The position numbers and the translations under genes are program-made. From NCBI GenBank assembly GCA_964519305.1, contig CAZFHY010000001.1, positions 218,132-282,131 on the forward strand: a stretch of 64,000 nt of DNA, written 5' to 3'. Shown in pieces: positions 9,601 to 24,600 of this stretch (the first letter of the stretch is position 1; each line of letters starts with the position of its first letter). This DNA is from Candidatus Undinarchaeota archaeon. Its GTDB lineage: Archaea; SpSt-1190; JASMDC01. The notes under the pieces were generated by a model, which made no database searches, was not told the origin of the DNA, and was given only the letters and a program-made list of their open reading frames with translations.

Positions 9601-12600
9601 CCACCGACTATGTCAACGAGCTCCAGCCCAACGTCAAGTATGCAGGCGACCTGATCGGCGACCTCGGGGGGGGCACTGTGCTGGTGACGGCCACTGAGAA
9701 CTCGGGCGTTGGATGTGGTATGACACCCTGGATTGCCAAGAACACGGTCGATAACGTCTACGAGGACACCGAGGATTACCGCGTGTACGTCCAGTCCGGC
9801 ACCTCGGTGTACATCTCCTTCTGTAAGTCATCGGGTTCTCCATCGAAGCTCTACATGACCACCAAGTCGCCTTCAGCTGGGGGGGACGTCAACATGGAGG
9901 TGGGCGAGGTGTCCGGTGACCTCCACGCAGACCTCGACTCTGCCTCGCTGAACGTTGTCGTGTGCGACGATGTCGGCGGGAACCTGGTATCTTCCTACTC
10001 GCGTACCGCTGCGGATTATGACGACACATTGTCACAGTACTTCGAGACCACCGCTACCTCCACACCGGACTTCATCGTCACGAGCGGTACGGACTGCAGT
10101 GCATCCAATATCCGTGCGGTGAAGCGCAACGCCGCCGTGGAGGCCGACCTGACGCATACCTTTACGGTTGCCACGAAGGTGTACGGCGATGTCCCCAGCA
10201 CACTGGCAAGCGGGAAGTTCCTGGCATTCACGTCCACAGGCAAGGGATGTACGGACACGACCGATCTCGCGGCGAGCAACACGACTGTGTCAGACACTTC
10301 CGTGGACAATGACGTGAGCGTCCACCTCACGGCTAGTAGCACGTATTACCTCGTATGGTGCACCAGTGGGAACACCAAGGTCCTTGAGTACCAGATCACA
10401 CCGTCCAGCGACACCGCTGTGGACGCTGCCAACTTCGGCGGTGACGCGCACGCGGACCTTGCCACGAGTAGCTATCATGGTGTAGCTTGTACTGACATCG
10501 GCGGCACTGCCCTTAGCACTGAGGACGTCACAGGAAGCCAGTACGACGGCGGTTCCAAGGTGTACTATGCTGACACGGGCGGCACACCCGACCTCATCAT
10601 CTCCACGTCCGCGGGCTCTTGTGCCGCGGCCAACCTCGTGGCCGCCAGCCTGGACGTATCCGCTCCTGCGAGCTTCGCCTCGACGTTCAATCCCGATACG
10701 AAGATATACGGCGAGGTGCCCGCCGCCCTTGCGAGCAAGACGGTCAAGGTGTACGCTTCCAACCTCGATTGCTCCTCGGCCGCCACGGTCGCCCGGGGGA
10801 CGCTGCCTGCAGACCCTGTGGGCGGTAGCAACGATGCTGCTGTGTACGTGCAATCAGGCGGCACCACTTACTACGTCAACTACTGTGACGGGACCACCAC
10901 GCTCCTGGAGCGCACGGAGCAGCACGGGAGCTCAGGTGCGTACACCCTCCATGTGGGTCAGATCACGGGTAATCTGCATGACTCGCTCACCGATGGGGAC
11001 TACGTTGTTGCATGCAGCGACATCGGCGGTAGTGCTCTGAACAGCGAGTCCGTGACAGTGAGCACTTATGATACATCGGGTGCACAGTATTACGAGGCCA
11101 CGGGAACGCCTGACTTCCTCATCTCTTCGGGTGGTGCCACCGACTGCACCGAGGCGAACATGGTCACGTCGGTCCATGACGTCACCATCGACACCAGTGA
11201 TTATCTGAACGGGTTCCATCCCGACATCAAGATCAGCGGGGACGTGCCCTCGACGCTCGGGAGCGGCTACATCAAGGCCTTCACTGGTGAGCCCTACACG
11301 TGCGGTGCCAGCGGCTACTGGGGCAAGGGCTCCATCGCCGCCAGCGTGGCAGGCTCGGGCGATTATACTCTTTATCTGGAGAGCGGTCGCTCCTACTACT
11401 TCACGGTATGCACCAGCAGCAACGCCTACACACTACGTCGACAGAAGGACCTATCCTCGGTGGCAGATGTGGACTTCGACGTGGGTATCTTCTCGGCGAC
11501 CCTCCATTCCGACATAGCTAACTCGACATACCACATCACCATGTGCGATAACGTGGCCGGTTCAGCCCTTAGCTCGAAGGACGTGGACGGGGGAGCCATA
11601 AACACATCCCCTGTATACTACGACGCCACTCCTGCCATCGCCGGGACACCGGACCTCGTCGTGGGCAGTTCTGCAGCGAGCTGTGCAGCGACCAACGTCG
11701 TAGCCGCCGCGATCGACAACACCATCGACACCAGCGACTACGCTAACTCCGTGACCATCCAGGCCAAGTTCTCAGGCGAGGTCCCTGCATCGATGGCCAG
11801 CAAGACCATCCAAGTGTTCACATCCACCCAGGACTGCGGTGCCACCAACGACCTGGTGACCTACGACACGCTCCATTCCAATCCGACCGGTATCTCCAAC
11901 GACATGATGCTCTACCTGCAGAACGGCACGAGCAAGAACTACCATGTGGCCTTCTGCGACAGCACCACAAAGCTCTACTATCGTGCCGCCAACGATCCGA
12001 GCGGTGACGCCACTTTCAGCATCGCAGAGTTCACGGGGACCGCACATGCTGACCTCGCCAACGCCAGCTACTATGTTGTGGCATGCGGCGGCATCGGTGG
12101 GTCCGCCCTATCCACAAGGGCCGTGACCGGCACGCAGTACAATGCGGGCACACGTGTGTATTTCGAGAACGTAGCGACACCAGAGGTCATCATATCGACA
12201 TCATCCCAATCCTGTGCCGCTACGAACCTCAAGGCCGCAAAGCTCGATGTCACTATCCCCGCCTCGCTCTCCGCATCATTCTCCCCTGGTATGAAGCTCC
12301 ACGGCGAGGTACCGGGCACCTTGGCCGGAAAGACCGTCAAGGTGTTCACCTCTGACCTTGGGTGCACTGGGACCGCGCTGGTCGCCCAGCACACCCTCCA
12401 CAGCGCGCCCCTGGGGATCACGAACGATACCGTGCTATATGTGGAACAGGGTGGGACGACCTACTACATCGCCTTCTGCGACGGTACGACCAACCTTCTC
12501 AAACGCACCCGCTCAGAAGGCTCTGCAGGCCATGCAGCCCTCAATGTGGCGAAGGTCACCGGGAGTCTTCATGCCGACCTTGCTGCTGCTGCGTACAAGG

Positions 12601-15600
12601 TCGTTGCGTGCTCTGACGTGGGCGGCTCGCTCCTCAGCTCGGAGACCGTGTCCACGAGCACGTTCAATGGTGGCGGTACCCTCTACTTCGAATCGTCATC
12701 GGGGACACCCGACGTGGTCATCACCAGCGGCACGGACTGTACCGCATCCAACCTCGTAGCGGCCAGCCTCGATACCACGCCATCGTCCTCGGACTATGCT
12801 ATAACCTTCTCGCCCACGGCAAAGATACACGGTGAAGTGCCCGCATCCATTGCCGAGAAGACCGTGCGCGTGTTCACGTCCGACGTGGGCTGCTCGTCCG
12901 ATGCCACGAAGGCCCGCCAGACCCTCCCCGCATCCGTCTCGGGAAGTGACGACCTCAAAGTGTACGTGCCCCAAGGCCCCACTTACTATATCACTCTCTG
13001 TGACGGGTCCACAAAACGTCTGGTCCGTACCAAGGCGGTATCGTCAGCGGACGTGACGTTCAGCGTGGGCGGTGTCCATACCAGCACAACGGGTAAGGTC
13101 CACACCGACCTCGAGGACAGCTCCCACTACATCGTCGCGTGCGACGCCATCAGCGGGAACCTGCTCTCCAGCGAATCGGTCACCGGCACGTCCTACGAGG
13201 GTGGGACGGCCTACCAGTACTACGAGGTCTCGTCGGACGACTCCTCTGTCGTGCTCGCCGTCTCCTCGTCCGCCTCATCCTGTGTTACAACGGGCCTTTC
13301 CGCCGCCAGGACAGAGAGCGACATGGACCGTGGCGAGGAGGTCACCTTCGATCCAGAGGCCAAGGGCTCGGGTGACATCCCCAACGATGATCCTACGGTA
13401 CGCGTGTTCCTCACCGATCCCGGGTCCGGTGCGTGCGACACGTCAGGCCAGCTCTACGCTTCAGCTGACACCTCCACCGACTCCTCCCAGAGCGATGCGG
13501 ATTATGCTGTGTACGGACAGAATGGTGTCACCTACTATTTGGTATTCTGCAACGGCACGTCACGCGCACTGGAAACGTCCACGGCCAACATCGGGACCGC
13601 TGACATCGACGTAGGTCGGCTCCAGGGCGAGGTGCATGCGGACCTGCGTTCAGGAGATGATGTGGTCTCGATCCACTCGGCCAACGACTGCTCGAGCATG
13701 GTCAGCTCTGAGACGGTCAATCCGACCGCAGCTACACCGGACTACCGGATCTGGTTCGAGGACACAACGGGCGGGACCTACTACATCCGGACCGTTGTTG
13801 ACAGCACTTACACCCAGTGCGGCCACGCGTTCACGTTGACATCACAGGCCAAGGTCCAGAACATGGAGGGCAAGATATCCGGGATCGTGCCGTCCAGTGT
13901 CCTGCGTATGGGTCTCGATTACGATAGTAACGGTGACGACGCCTGGACCACGTCCTTCTCCTCTAGCGCCTACAGGCTCTTCGGCGATAGTGCCGACACG
14001 TCGGTGCTCGCGCATGCCTATGAGGACACTGGCGGTTCCACGGAGGTCCTGGAACGCACACGCAACATCAACACTGGTGATAAGACGCTCGATGTGGCCA
14101 AGGTCACCGCGGGCGAAGCACTTCACGACGATCTGGACGACGCCGATGATCACCTTGTTGTATGCACCCTCCCGGGGGGATCGGTGCTCGCCAGCGAGGA
14201 CATAACCGGTACCTCCTATGAAGGTGGTAACACCCTCTACTTCGACGCTACGAGCCAGACAACGGTCTACTTCGGCAGCTCCTCGGCATCACTTGACTGC
14301 ACCGGGTCCACCCTCCTCACGTCTACGAAGCAGACCAGCGTTTCCGCGGGTGGTCATTACCGATACATCCCGAAGTACAAGCTCACCGGCGACGTACCGA
14401 CGGGGGTCGACCGCGCGCTCCTTTTCTCTGCGGCCGGTAAAGGTTGCACGGATGTGGACGGCGACCTTGCCGGTTATGACGGGAACCTGGCTGCAGGACA
14501 GAGCGACAATGACTACGACCTCTATGTTAACAAGACAGACGGCTCCACCTTCAGACTGGTGTTCTGCAATGGTGCTTCGAGCCTGCTCCAGAGCGCAGCC
14601 CAAAGCTCCATTAGCGCCGCAGTGGACATTGACGTTGCCCGTGTCGCTTCCGGTGGTGCATCCAAGGTCCATGATGACCTGAACTCCCTGTTCATCGTAG
14701 CGTGCACGGCCCCCGACGGCACCGTGCTAACCAGCGAGTCGGTCACGGGTACGAGCTTCGAGGGAGGGAGCACCTACCAGTACTTCGAGGTAACCCAGTC
14801 GACCGCGTACTTCGCTGTATCCGGCTCTGCCTCGTCATGCTCTGCGGCCGGCCTCTCTGCAGCTATCAAGCTCAGTGTCGCTGGCGGTTCCGATTACACA
14901 TTTTCGCCCGAGGCAAAAGGTGCGGGTGACATCCCTAACGGTGATCCGTCCGTCCGCATGTTCGTCGACGATCCGGGGACAGATGCCTGCGGAGGCAGCC
15001 AGATCTACGTATCCTCGGACTCCTCGACCGACGCATCCCAGTCCAACGCCGACTACGCCGTGTATGGACAGAACGGGGTCACTTACTACGTCGTGTTCTG
15101 CAACGGCACGACAAAAGCTCTTGAGACGACCACCACCGGGATAGGTACGGCGGATATCGACGTGGGCCGGTTGCACGGCGAGGTGCACGCAGACCTTCGC
15201 ACGGGTAGCAATGATATCATCGAGGTTCATGACGCCGGCGCCTGCAGTTCCGCGGTGAGCTCGGAGACAGTGAACCCAGTCGCAGGCACTCCGGACTACT
15301 ACATTTGGTTCGAGGACACGGGAAGCACATTCTATGTCCGTACGTCCGTGGACTCGGGCCAGTACGTCCAGTGCGGCCACGCCTTCACGCTCACTTCCCA
15401 GGCGTCCACTCAGGACCTAGAGACGCGTGTAGCCGGAACCATGCCCTCAGGTGTCCTGCGCGTGGGGCTTGACTATGACTCCAACGGCGACGACACCTAC
15501 TCGACCACCTTCCAGTCCAGCGCGTTCAAGCTCTTCGGTGATAACGCGGACAGCGCCGTCCTCGTCCATGCCTATGAGGACACCGGCGGCTCCACCGAAG

Positions 15601-18600
15601 TGCTCGAACGCACCCGCGACCTCACTGCCGGGGACCGTACATTCGATGTGGCCCGGGTCACAACCCCGCAAGCGATCCACGATGATCTGGACGACACCGG
15701 CGACTATATCGTCGCTTGCTCTGCTCCTGGCGGGTCCGCGCTCGTAAGTGAGAGCATCAACGGGGCCACGTTCGAGGGAGGCACCGGGAACGGTGACGTG
15801 CTGTACGTCGACGTCACGGGCATCTCTGACATGTACCTTGCCGTCACGTCCTCATCCCTCTCATGTACCGGGACCAACATCATCACCGCCACAAAGCAGT
15901 CGAGCCTGTCTGGCGGCAGCGGCTACGCGTACACACCTTTGTACAAGGTCACCGGTGACGTCCCGTCCGGCCCGACCTATGCCAAGCTCTTCGCCGCAGC
16001 GAGCAAGGGATGCACCGATGTGGACGCCGACCTTCGCGGCTATGATGGGAGCATGACCACCGCTCAGAGCGCCAACGACTACGACCTCTATGTGAACAAG
16101 ACCGATTCATCCACCTTCTACGCGGTGTTCTGCGACGGCTCCAACAACAGGCTGTTCGAGGCCTCGGGACGTACTGTATCCGGGGCCACCACGATCAGCT
16201 TGGGAAAAGGTTCCGGAGAGGCTCACTCGGACCTCGAGAACGCCGGGACCGCCGACAACATCGAAGTGTTCAGTAACAGCGCCTGCACAACCGAGGTGTC
16301 GCGCCACGATACCCAGCCCGTCGAGAACGGCTCTGGAGTGGACTACACCGTGTACTTCGAGTCCACCGGAGTGACCACATTCTACCTCAAGGCGACCAAG
16401 GACGCGGGAGCGAACGCTCAGTGCGGTCTCTCCTTTACACTCACATCCCAGGCCGCCACGGTCCAGCTAGACACGAAGGCCAGCGGCGCCGTTCCCTCTA
16501 CCGTGACGAGCGTGGGCATCGACTACGGTAAGACCGGGAGCGACGACCTGGTGTCGAAGGGCTCTCTCGGTGGTTCGTACGCCCTCTACGGGGACGTCGC
16601 CCAGACATCCATCGACGTCCACGTCTACGACTCCGGTGGTGAAGTACTGGAGCGTTCCAAGAGCCTGGCCTCCGACTTCGTCCTCGATGTGGCCAAGGTC
16701 AAGAGCAGTGGTCCCATCCACGGCGACCTCGCAGACGGGAACCACTATGCGCTCGCGTGCAAGAGCCCGGGCAGCACCAAGCTCAACTCAAAGGTCGTGT
16801 CCGGCCTCAATTTCAATGACGGCAGTACGGACCTCTACTTCGAGAAGGACGGTAGCCAGGTGTTCTTCACCATCTCCACTGCTTCGGACGGCTGCCAGGT
16901 GACGGCCATCAACGGTACTACCCCGCAGAGCAGCGTGACGGGCGGCACAACCTACTATTATACCCCCAGTCGTCGGTTCTCCGGAAAGATCCCGTTGGGC
17001 CCCACCCATGTGCGGCTCTTCAGTGCCTCGGGCCAGACCTGTACTACCGGCGGCCTGAACTTCCGCGGGTACGACGGTGGGGTTTCCCACGGCACAGCCA
17101 GCGATTACACCATATATACCAATGCGACAACCTCGGAGACATTCTATGTGCTGTTCTGCGACTGGTCCAACAACATCCTTCTCGAGTCCACAGCAAAGAG
17201 CGTGCCTGACGACCTCGCCCTGAGCCTGGCCAGGGTGGGCGGTACGGTGCACACCGACCTCACGAGCAAGAACATAGTAGTATGCTCGGCCATCGGTGAT
17301 ACTGGCACACGTATCTCTTCTGCCTCTGTCACGGGTTCCCAGTTCAACGGGGGCACCTACCAGTACTATGAGCCCTCAGGATCCAGCGTATACTTCGGTG
17401 TATCGTCATCATCATCCTCGTGCGCCTCGTCCGACCTCTCCGCTGCCGTGAGCACAACCGTGGCCGCTGGCGACACAGACACGTTCACGGCCACCGACAA
17501 GGCCACTGGCGACATCACTGCCAACAATCCGACGGTGAGGCTGTTCATTAGTAATCCTGACACGAACGCATGTCAGTCGTCGGGCCAGGACTACGTATCA
17601 TCGGACACCAGCACTGACAGCTCCCAGTCCAACGCGGACTATGACGTATACGGCCACGACGGCCAGTCCTACTATATGGTGTTCTGCGAGGGCACAACCG
17701 CCCTGTACGAGTCCGCCCTCATCACCGACCTGGCCACAGCGGACATCGACATCGCAAGGGTCCATACCTCAGGCGCTAATAAGGTCCACGCTGACATCAA
17801 AGGCAGCACCTATGTGGTCGTATGCTCCGCCGTGGGCGATTCGGGTGCGAGTATCTCCACCGCAGAGCTGGCGGCATCCTCTTACGACAATGGAGGCACC
17901 AGCTACATGTACTTCGAGGTCCCCGGATCGGGCGACGTGTACTTTGCACTCTCCACATCAGGCACATCATGCGCCTCATCCAACCTCCGGGCCGGCATCA
18001 AGACGAGCACCAGCCCCGGTGCCACGGTGACCTTCGATCCGGTCGGCAAGCTCAAGGGCGACATCCCGTCCGACAATCCTTCCGTCCGCGTGTTCACCGA
18101 GGATCCCGGGAGCTCGGCCTGCCTTGCTACAGGCCAGGACTACATCGCGGCGGACACTTCCACCGATTACACCCAGAACGATGCCGATTATGCGGTCTAT
18201 GGCCAAGACGGAGACACCTATTACGTCGTGTACTGCGATGGGACCTCTAAGGGCGTCCAAGCGACCGTATCCTCCCTTGCACAGGCGGGTACTGACCTTG
18301 ACGTGGGAAAGGTGTCCGGTGACACCCATACTTCCCTTGAGACGGCGGGCGATGGTAACGATCGGGTTGATGTGTACTCGGACAGCAGCTGCACCACCAA
18401 GGTCAGCTCAGAGACGGTCCAACCGGCCGACGCCAACAATCCCGATTACTCCATCCTCTTCACGGACACCACCGCCGGGACCTATTACATCAAGACGACC
18501 GTCGTGGCGTCCGGGAAGACGTATGAGGCCTGCGGTACGCCCTTCACCCTCACTTCACAGACCAAGACTAACCACCATCTCACCGCCCGGTTGTCGGGTA

Positions 18601-21600
18601 CCGTACCCGTCGATGTCCCCCGCATCGGTCTCGACTACGATGACAACGGCGACGACACCTACACAACAACCTTCGAGGACCAGGTGTACATGCTGTTCGG
18701 CGATGCTACCGACACCCAGGTGCGTGTCCATGCATACGAGGACACAGGTGGTTCCACGGAAGTACTTGAGCGCGTCAAGAGCCTGGCCGGGGGTACGGTG
18801 GGATTCGATGTCGCCAAGGTCAGGGCTCTGGAAGCAGCCATCCACGACGACCTGGACGATTCGGGCGACCACGTGGTGGTCTGCACTGCGCCCGGTGGAT
18901 CAGCATTGGTGAGCGAGGACATCACCGGCACCTCTTTCGAGGGCGTGAGCGGTAACATCCTCTACTTCGATGCAACGAGCCTTTCCGAAGCATTCCTTGC
19001 AATATCCTCGGGGGCTCTCGACTGCACGGCCACGAACCTTGCCACCGTTACCCGGATCGCCTCTCCATCGGGTGGCAGCGGCTACCAGTACACACCACTG
19101 TACAAGGTCACCGGCGACATCCCTGCCGGGATCTCGTACGTCAAGCTGTTCTCTTCCGCAAGTCAAGCATGCACCGCGGCGAGCACCACTCTGCGCGGGT
19201 ACGACGGTGCCCTGCTCACAGGCCAGTCCGCGAACGACTACGATCTCTATGTGAACAAGACCGAAGGCACGACCCTCTACGCGGTGTTCTGCGACTCAAG
19301 TAACGCCCGGCTCTTCGAAGCATCAGGCCGGACAGTGTCCGGTAACCTGGCCCTCCATATCGGTAAGATCTCTGGTGAGGCCCATTCCGACCTCGAGAAC
19401 GCCGGGACCGCCGACAACGTCGAAGTGTTCACTGGCGCCACGTGCACATCCGAGGTGTCGCGCCACGATACACAGCCGGCCGAGAACGGTTCTGGTGTGG
19501 ACTATACCGCATGGTTCGAGTCCACAGGCGCCTCCACCTTCTACGTCAAGATCACCAAGGACGCCGGGGCGAACGTCCAGTGCGGTCACTCGCTCAGCCT
19601 TACATCTCAGGCAGCTACGGTCCCGCTCCACGGAAAGGCCGCCGGTTCGGTCCACGCTGATATCCTGAAGATGGGTCTTGACCACAACAGGGACGGGACC
19701 GACGAGGTCCGGACATCCTCAACGCTAAGCGGTTCCTACGCAATCTATGGTGATGGTGGCGACAGCGAAGTGGATATCCACGCCTACCTTACCGGCGATG
19801 CGGAGTCCCTGGAGCGCCTCAAGGACCTCACGAGCGCTGTCACCCTGGACATCTCCAAGGTCACCGCCGAGGCGCATAAGCATCTCGATGACGATGGCAG
19901 CGTCCAGGTATATGCCACATCCACCTGTACCGAAGCCCGGTCCACCGCCACGGACGTAAGCGATTCCGGAGGTGCTGATGTCACCGTGTACTTCGATGCT
20001 ACTGGCGCGTCCACCTTCTATCTCAAGGCCGCCACATCCACGAACAGCACGTGCGGAAACGCGATCACCCCCGACGGGAATCGAGTGGCCACCGCCGACC
20101 TGACCGGTGCCATCACGGGCACCGTGCACACAGACATCACTACGGTCTCAGCGGACCTTGATGAGGCAGGCGGTGCAGAAGCGTCCACATCCGTCGTGAG
20201 CGGCGGGTATGCGCTCTACACCGACGGCAGCGACACGAGCCTCACAGTATCCTTCGACACGACGGGTGGAGCTGTGCTCTCCCGCTCGGGCAAGAACCTT
20301 GCGGGAGCTGCGGGCAAGAACCTGGACGTTGACGCAGGCCGGCTCACCGGTGACGTGCATGCTGATCTGCGCACCGGCGGGAACGACGTCGTCGAGGTGT
20401 ACGACGATGGTGCCTGCGCATCCAAGGTCAGCTCCGCGACGGTCAATCCGACCGCTGCGACACCTGACTACACCATCTACTTCGAGGACACCGGCAGTAA
20501 CTTCTACATCAAGACGTCGGTGGACAGTACCTACGTCCAGTGCGGCCACCAGTTCACGCTCACATCCCAGGCAAAGGTCGTCGACCTGACTGCGCGAGTA
20601 GCGGGCACGGTGCCTAGTGCCATTAAGCGTATCGGCCTCGACCAGAGCAGGGATGGCAACGATGAGGCCTGGACCACGACCTTCTCGAGCGGTGGCTACA
20701 AGCTCTTCGGCGATGCTGCGGACACCGCGGTGGACGTGCACGCGTTCGAGGACACGTCAGGCTCCACCGAAGTGCTCGAGCGCACCCGCGACCTCTCGGG
20801 TGTTAGCGTATCGTTCGACATCGTGTCGATCGCGGCAGGCGGTGCCCTCCATGATGATCTGGACGATACCAGTGACCATGTGGTCGCTTGCTCTCTGCCC
20901 GGTGGCTCGGCTCTGACGAGCGAGGACATCACAGGTACTGCATACGAGGGCGGTGATACGCTCTATGTGGACACATCTGGTGTGACGGATATCTATCTCA
21001 CCGTGACGGATTCATCACACAGCTGTACTTCCAGCGACCTTGTGACTGTCACCAAGCAGTCCTCCGTGACCGCGGGAGGGACCTACGGGTACAGGCCGCT
21101 GTACAAGGTGACCGGCGATATCCCCTCTTCGATCAACGGTGCCCGCCTGTTCACCGCTAGCGGTAAGGGATGCTCGGACGTTGATGGTACGTTCGCCGGA
21201 TACGACGGAGCAATCAACTCAGGCCTGTCCGCCAACGACTACGACCTCTACGTGAACGCCACCGATAGTGACACGTTCTATGTGGTGTACTGCACGGGAT
21301 CAACACGGGTTCTGCAGAGCACGTCACAATCATCCATCTCAAGCAACGTTGCCGTCTCCGTGGCCCGGATATCTTCAGGGGGCGCTGACAAGGTCTCGAA
21401 CGACCTCAACGCTGCCAATGTGCTCGTCTGCACCGCTCCCGGCGGTACCCGGCTATCCAGCGAGACCGTGACCGGTTCGTCATTCGATGGCGGCTCGACC
21501 TATCAGCACTTCGAGACCTCGGGCGAGACGGCCTATGCGGTCCTGTCCTCGTCCACTACGTCCTGTGCATCGGCCGACCTCCAGTCGGGTGTCAAGCTCA

Positions 21601-24600
21601 CCTCAATCGCCGGTGGCGGCAGCTACACGTTCTCACCCAGCGTGTTCCAGAGCGGGGACATCCCCAACGACAATCCTACCGTCCGGCTCTTCATTGATGA
21701 CCCGGGCACCGGCGCATGCGGTGGAGGTCAGGCGTACGTGTCCTCCGATACGTCCACTGACAGTGGACAGAGCAGCGATGACTACAAGGTCTACGGCCAG
21801 GACGGAGCCACCTATTACGTCGTGTTCTGCAACGGTACCGACCGCGTTCTCGAAGCCTCCACTAGCAACATAGGGGCTGCCGATATCGACGTTGGTCGGC
21901 TCCAGGGCGAAGTGCACGCCGACCTGCGCACTGGTGGCAACGATGTCATCGAGGTGCACGACGCATCCTCCTGCGCATCCGCGGTGAGCACTGAGACCGT
22001 CAATCCGGCTGCCGGTACTCCGGACTATCTCATCTGGTTCAAGGACACCGGAGGATCGTTCTATATCAAGACGTCTATGGATAGCACCTACGTCCAGTGC
22101 GGACACCAGTTCAGCCTGTCGGCCCAAGCCAAGGTCCAGGACCTCACCGGTTCGACAGCCGGATCGGTCCACTCGGACGTGCTCCGCATGGGCCTCGACT
22201 ATGATACCAACGGGGACGACACCTGGACCACGACCTTCTCCTCCGGCGCCTACAAGCTCTTCGGAGATGCTGATGACACGACTGTCCAGGTACATGCCTT
22301 CACGGACACTAGCGGTTCCACTGAAGTGCTCGAGCGCAGTAAGTCGCTAGCCTCTGACGTCACGCTCAATGTCGGCAGGCTCACCGGTGATACGCACGGG
22401 GACCTCGAGACAGGTGGGAACGACGTCGTAGAGGTCCACGATGCATCGACATGCGCGTCCGCTGTCAGTTCGGCGACAGTCAACCCCTCTGATGCTGCGA
22501 ATCCCGACTATACCATCTTCTTCGAGGATGCGGGAGGAACGCTATACATCAAGACGTCCGTGGATAGCACCTACGTCCAGTGCGGACATGCCTTCACCAC
22601 GACCAGCCGCGCCAAGGTACAGCCTCTCACCACTCGTATCGATGGTACCGTCCACACAGATGTTCTGCGCATGGGCCTCGACTACGCCGCCGACGGCGAC
22701 GACTCTTGGACCACCACCTTCTCATCCGGCGCCTACAAGCTCTTCGGCGACGCTGCGGACACGTCAGTTCAGGTCCACGCCTTCACTGACACCAGCGGTT
22801 CTACAGAAGTGCTTGAGCGCAGTAAGTCGCTCGCATCTGACGTCACGCTCAATGTCGGCAGGCTCACCGGTGATACGCACGGGGACCTCGAGACAGGTGG
22901 GAACGATGTCGTAGAGGTCCACGATGCATCGACATGCGCGTCCGCTGTCAGTTCTGCGACGGTCAATCCCTCTGATGCTGCGAATCCCGATTACACTATC
23001 TTCTTTGAGGACGCGGGAGGAACGCTATACATCAAGACGTCCGTGGACAGCACATACGTCCAGTGCGGACATGCCTTCACCACGACCAGCCGTGCCAAGG
23101 TCCAGCCTCTTACTGCCAAGGTCTCCGGTACGGTACACACGGACGTGCTCCGCATGGGCCTCGATTACGCTACGGACGGGGACGACACGTGGACCACGAC
23201 GTTCTCTTCGAGCGCTTACCGCCTATTCGGTGACGCTACGGACACAACTGTTCAGGTCCACGCCTACACGGACACCAGTGGTTCTACAGAGGTGCTCGAG
23301 CGGGGTAAGTCACTCGCCTCCGATGTGACCTTTAATGTCGGACGACTCACAGGTGACGCGCACTCCGACCTCGAGACAGGCGGGAACGACATCGTAGAGG
23401 TCCATGATGCCTCGAACTGCGCGTCCGCTGTGAGCTCCACGACCGTCAATCCATCCGATGCTGCGAATCCCGACTATACCATCTTCTTCGAGGACGCGGG
23501 AGGAACGTTATACATCAAGACGTCCGTGGACAGCACCTACGTCCAGTGCGGACATGCCTTCACCACCTCCAGCCGCGCCAAGGTCCAGCCTCTCACCGCC
23601 CTGATCGCGGGTACTGTCCCGTCAGATATCAAACGCATCGGCCTCGACTACGCTACTGACGGCGATGATGCCTGGACCACCAGCTTCTCATCGAGCGCCT
23701 ACAAGCTCTTCGGTGATGCTGCGGACACGTCCGTCCTCACACATGCATTTGAGGACACGGGCGGTGCGACCGAGGTGCTCGAGCGGTCGAAGAGCCTCGC
23801 TGGTGTCAACGTTCCGTTCGATATCGTATCGGTCCGTGCGCTAGAGGACGCCATCCACGTCGACCTCGATGACACTGCCCATCATATCGTTGCGTGCTCA
23901 GCACCCGGCGGTACGGCGTTGGTGAGCGAGGACATCACCGGACAGGCCTTCGAGGGAGTCACCATCGGCGACCGCCTCTACATCGATATGTCCGGTCTCT
24001 CCCAGCTCTACCTTGGTGTGTCCACGACGGCCCTCGACTGCACTGCGACCAAGCTCAACACCACGACCCTCCTCACCGGTCTCCAAGCAGGCAGCAGCTA
24101 CCAGTACACGCCCATCCACAAGGTCTCCGGTGACATCCCGGCCGGCGTTTCGTACGTCAAGCTCTTCACCTTGACATCACAGGCGTGCACCGCGGCAGGC
24201 ACCTCGCTCCGCGGGTATGACGGACTTCCGGACGCCAGCCCGTCCGCCAACGACTACGACCTCTATGTCAACAGGACCGAGGCCCAGTCGGTCTATATCG
24301 TGTTCTGTGATGGTTCGAACGCCCGGCTCTTCGAGACAACGGCCAAGAGCGGGATAACGGGCGACCTCGCCGTCCATCTGGGCAAGGCGTCCGGTGAGGC
24401 CCACAGCGACCTGGAGAACGCCGGGACCGCTGACAACGTCGAGGTGTTCTCCGACAACACGTGCACGACGGAAGTATCTCGCCACGACGTCCAGCCTGCA
24501 GTATCCGCTGGTGTCGATTACACGGTCTGGTTCGAGTCCACCGGTACGACCGCTTTCTATCTCGAGGTCACCAAGGACGCTGCGGCCACCCAGTGCGGCC

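Noticed and set aside
22161-23800. Repeats as CRISPR, DGR template/variable pair, or assembly artefact
   Set aside because: The units are 483-bp in-frame coding repeats with no spacers. Differences are synonymous and not adenine-specific, no reverse transcriptase is present, and the copies are not identical.
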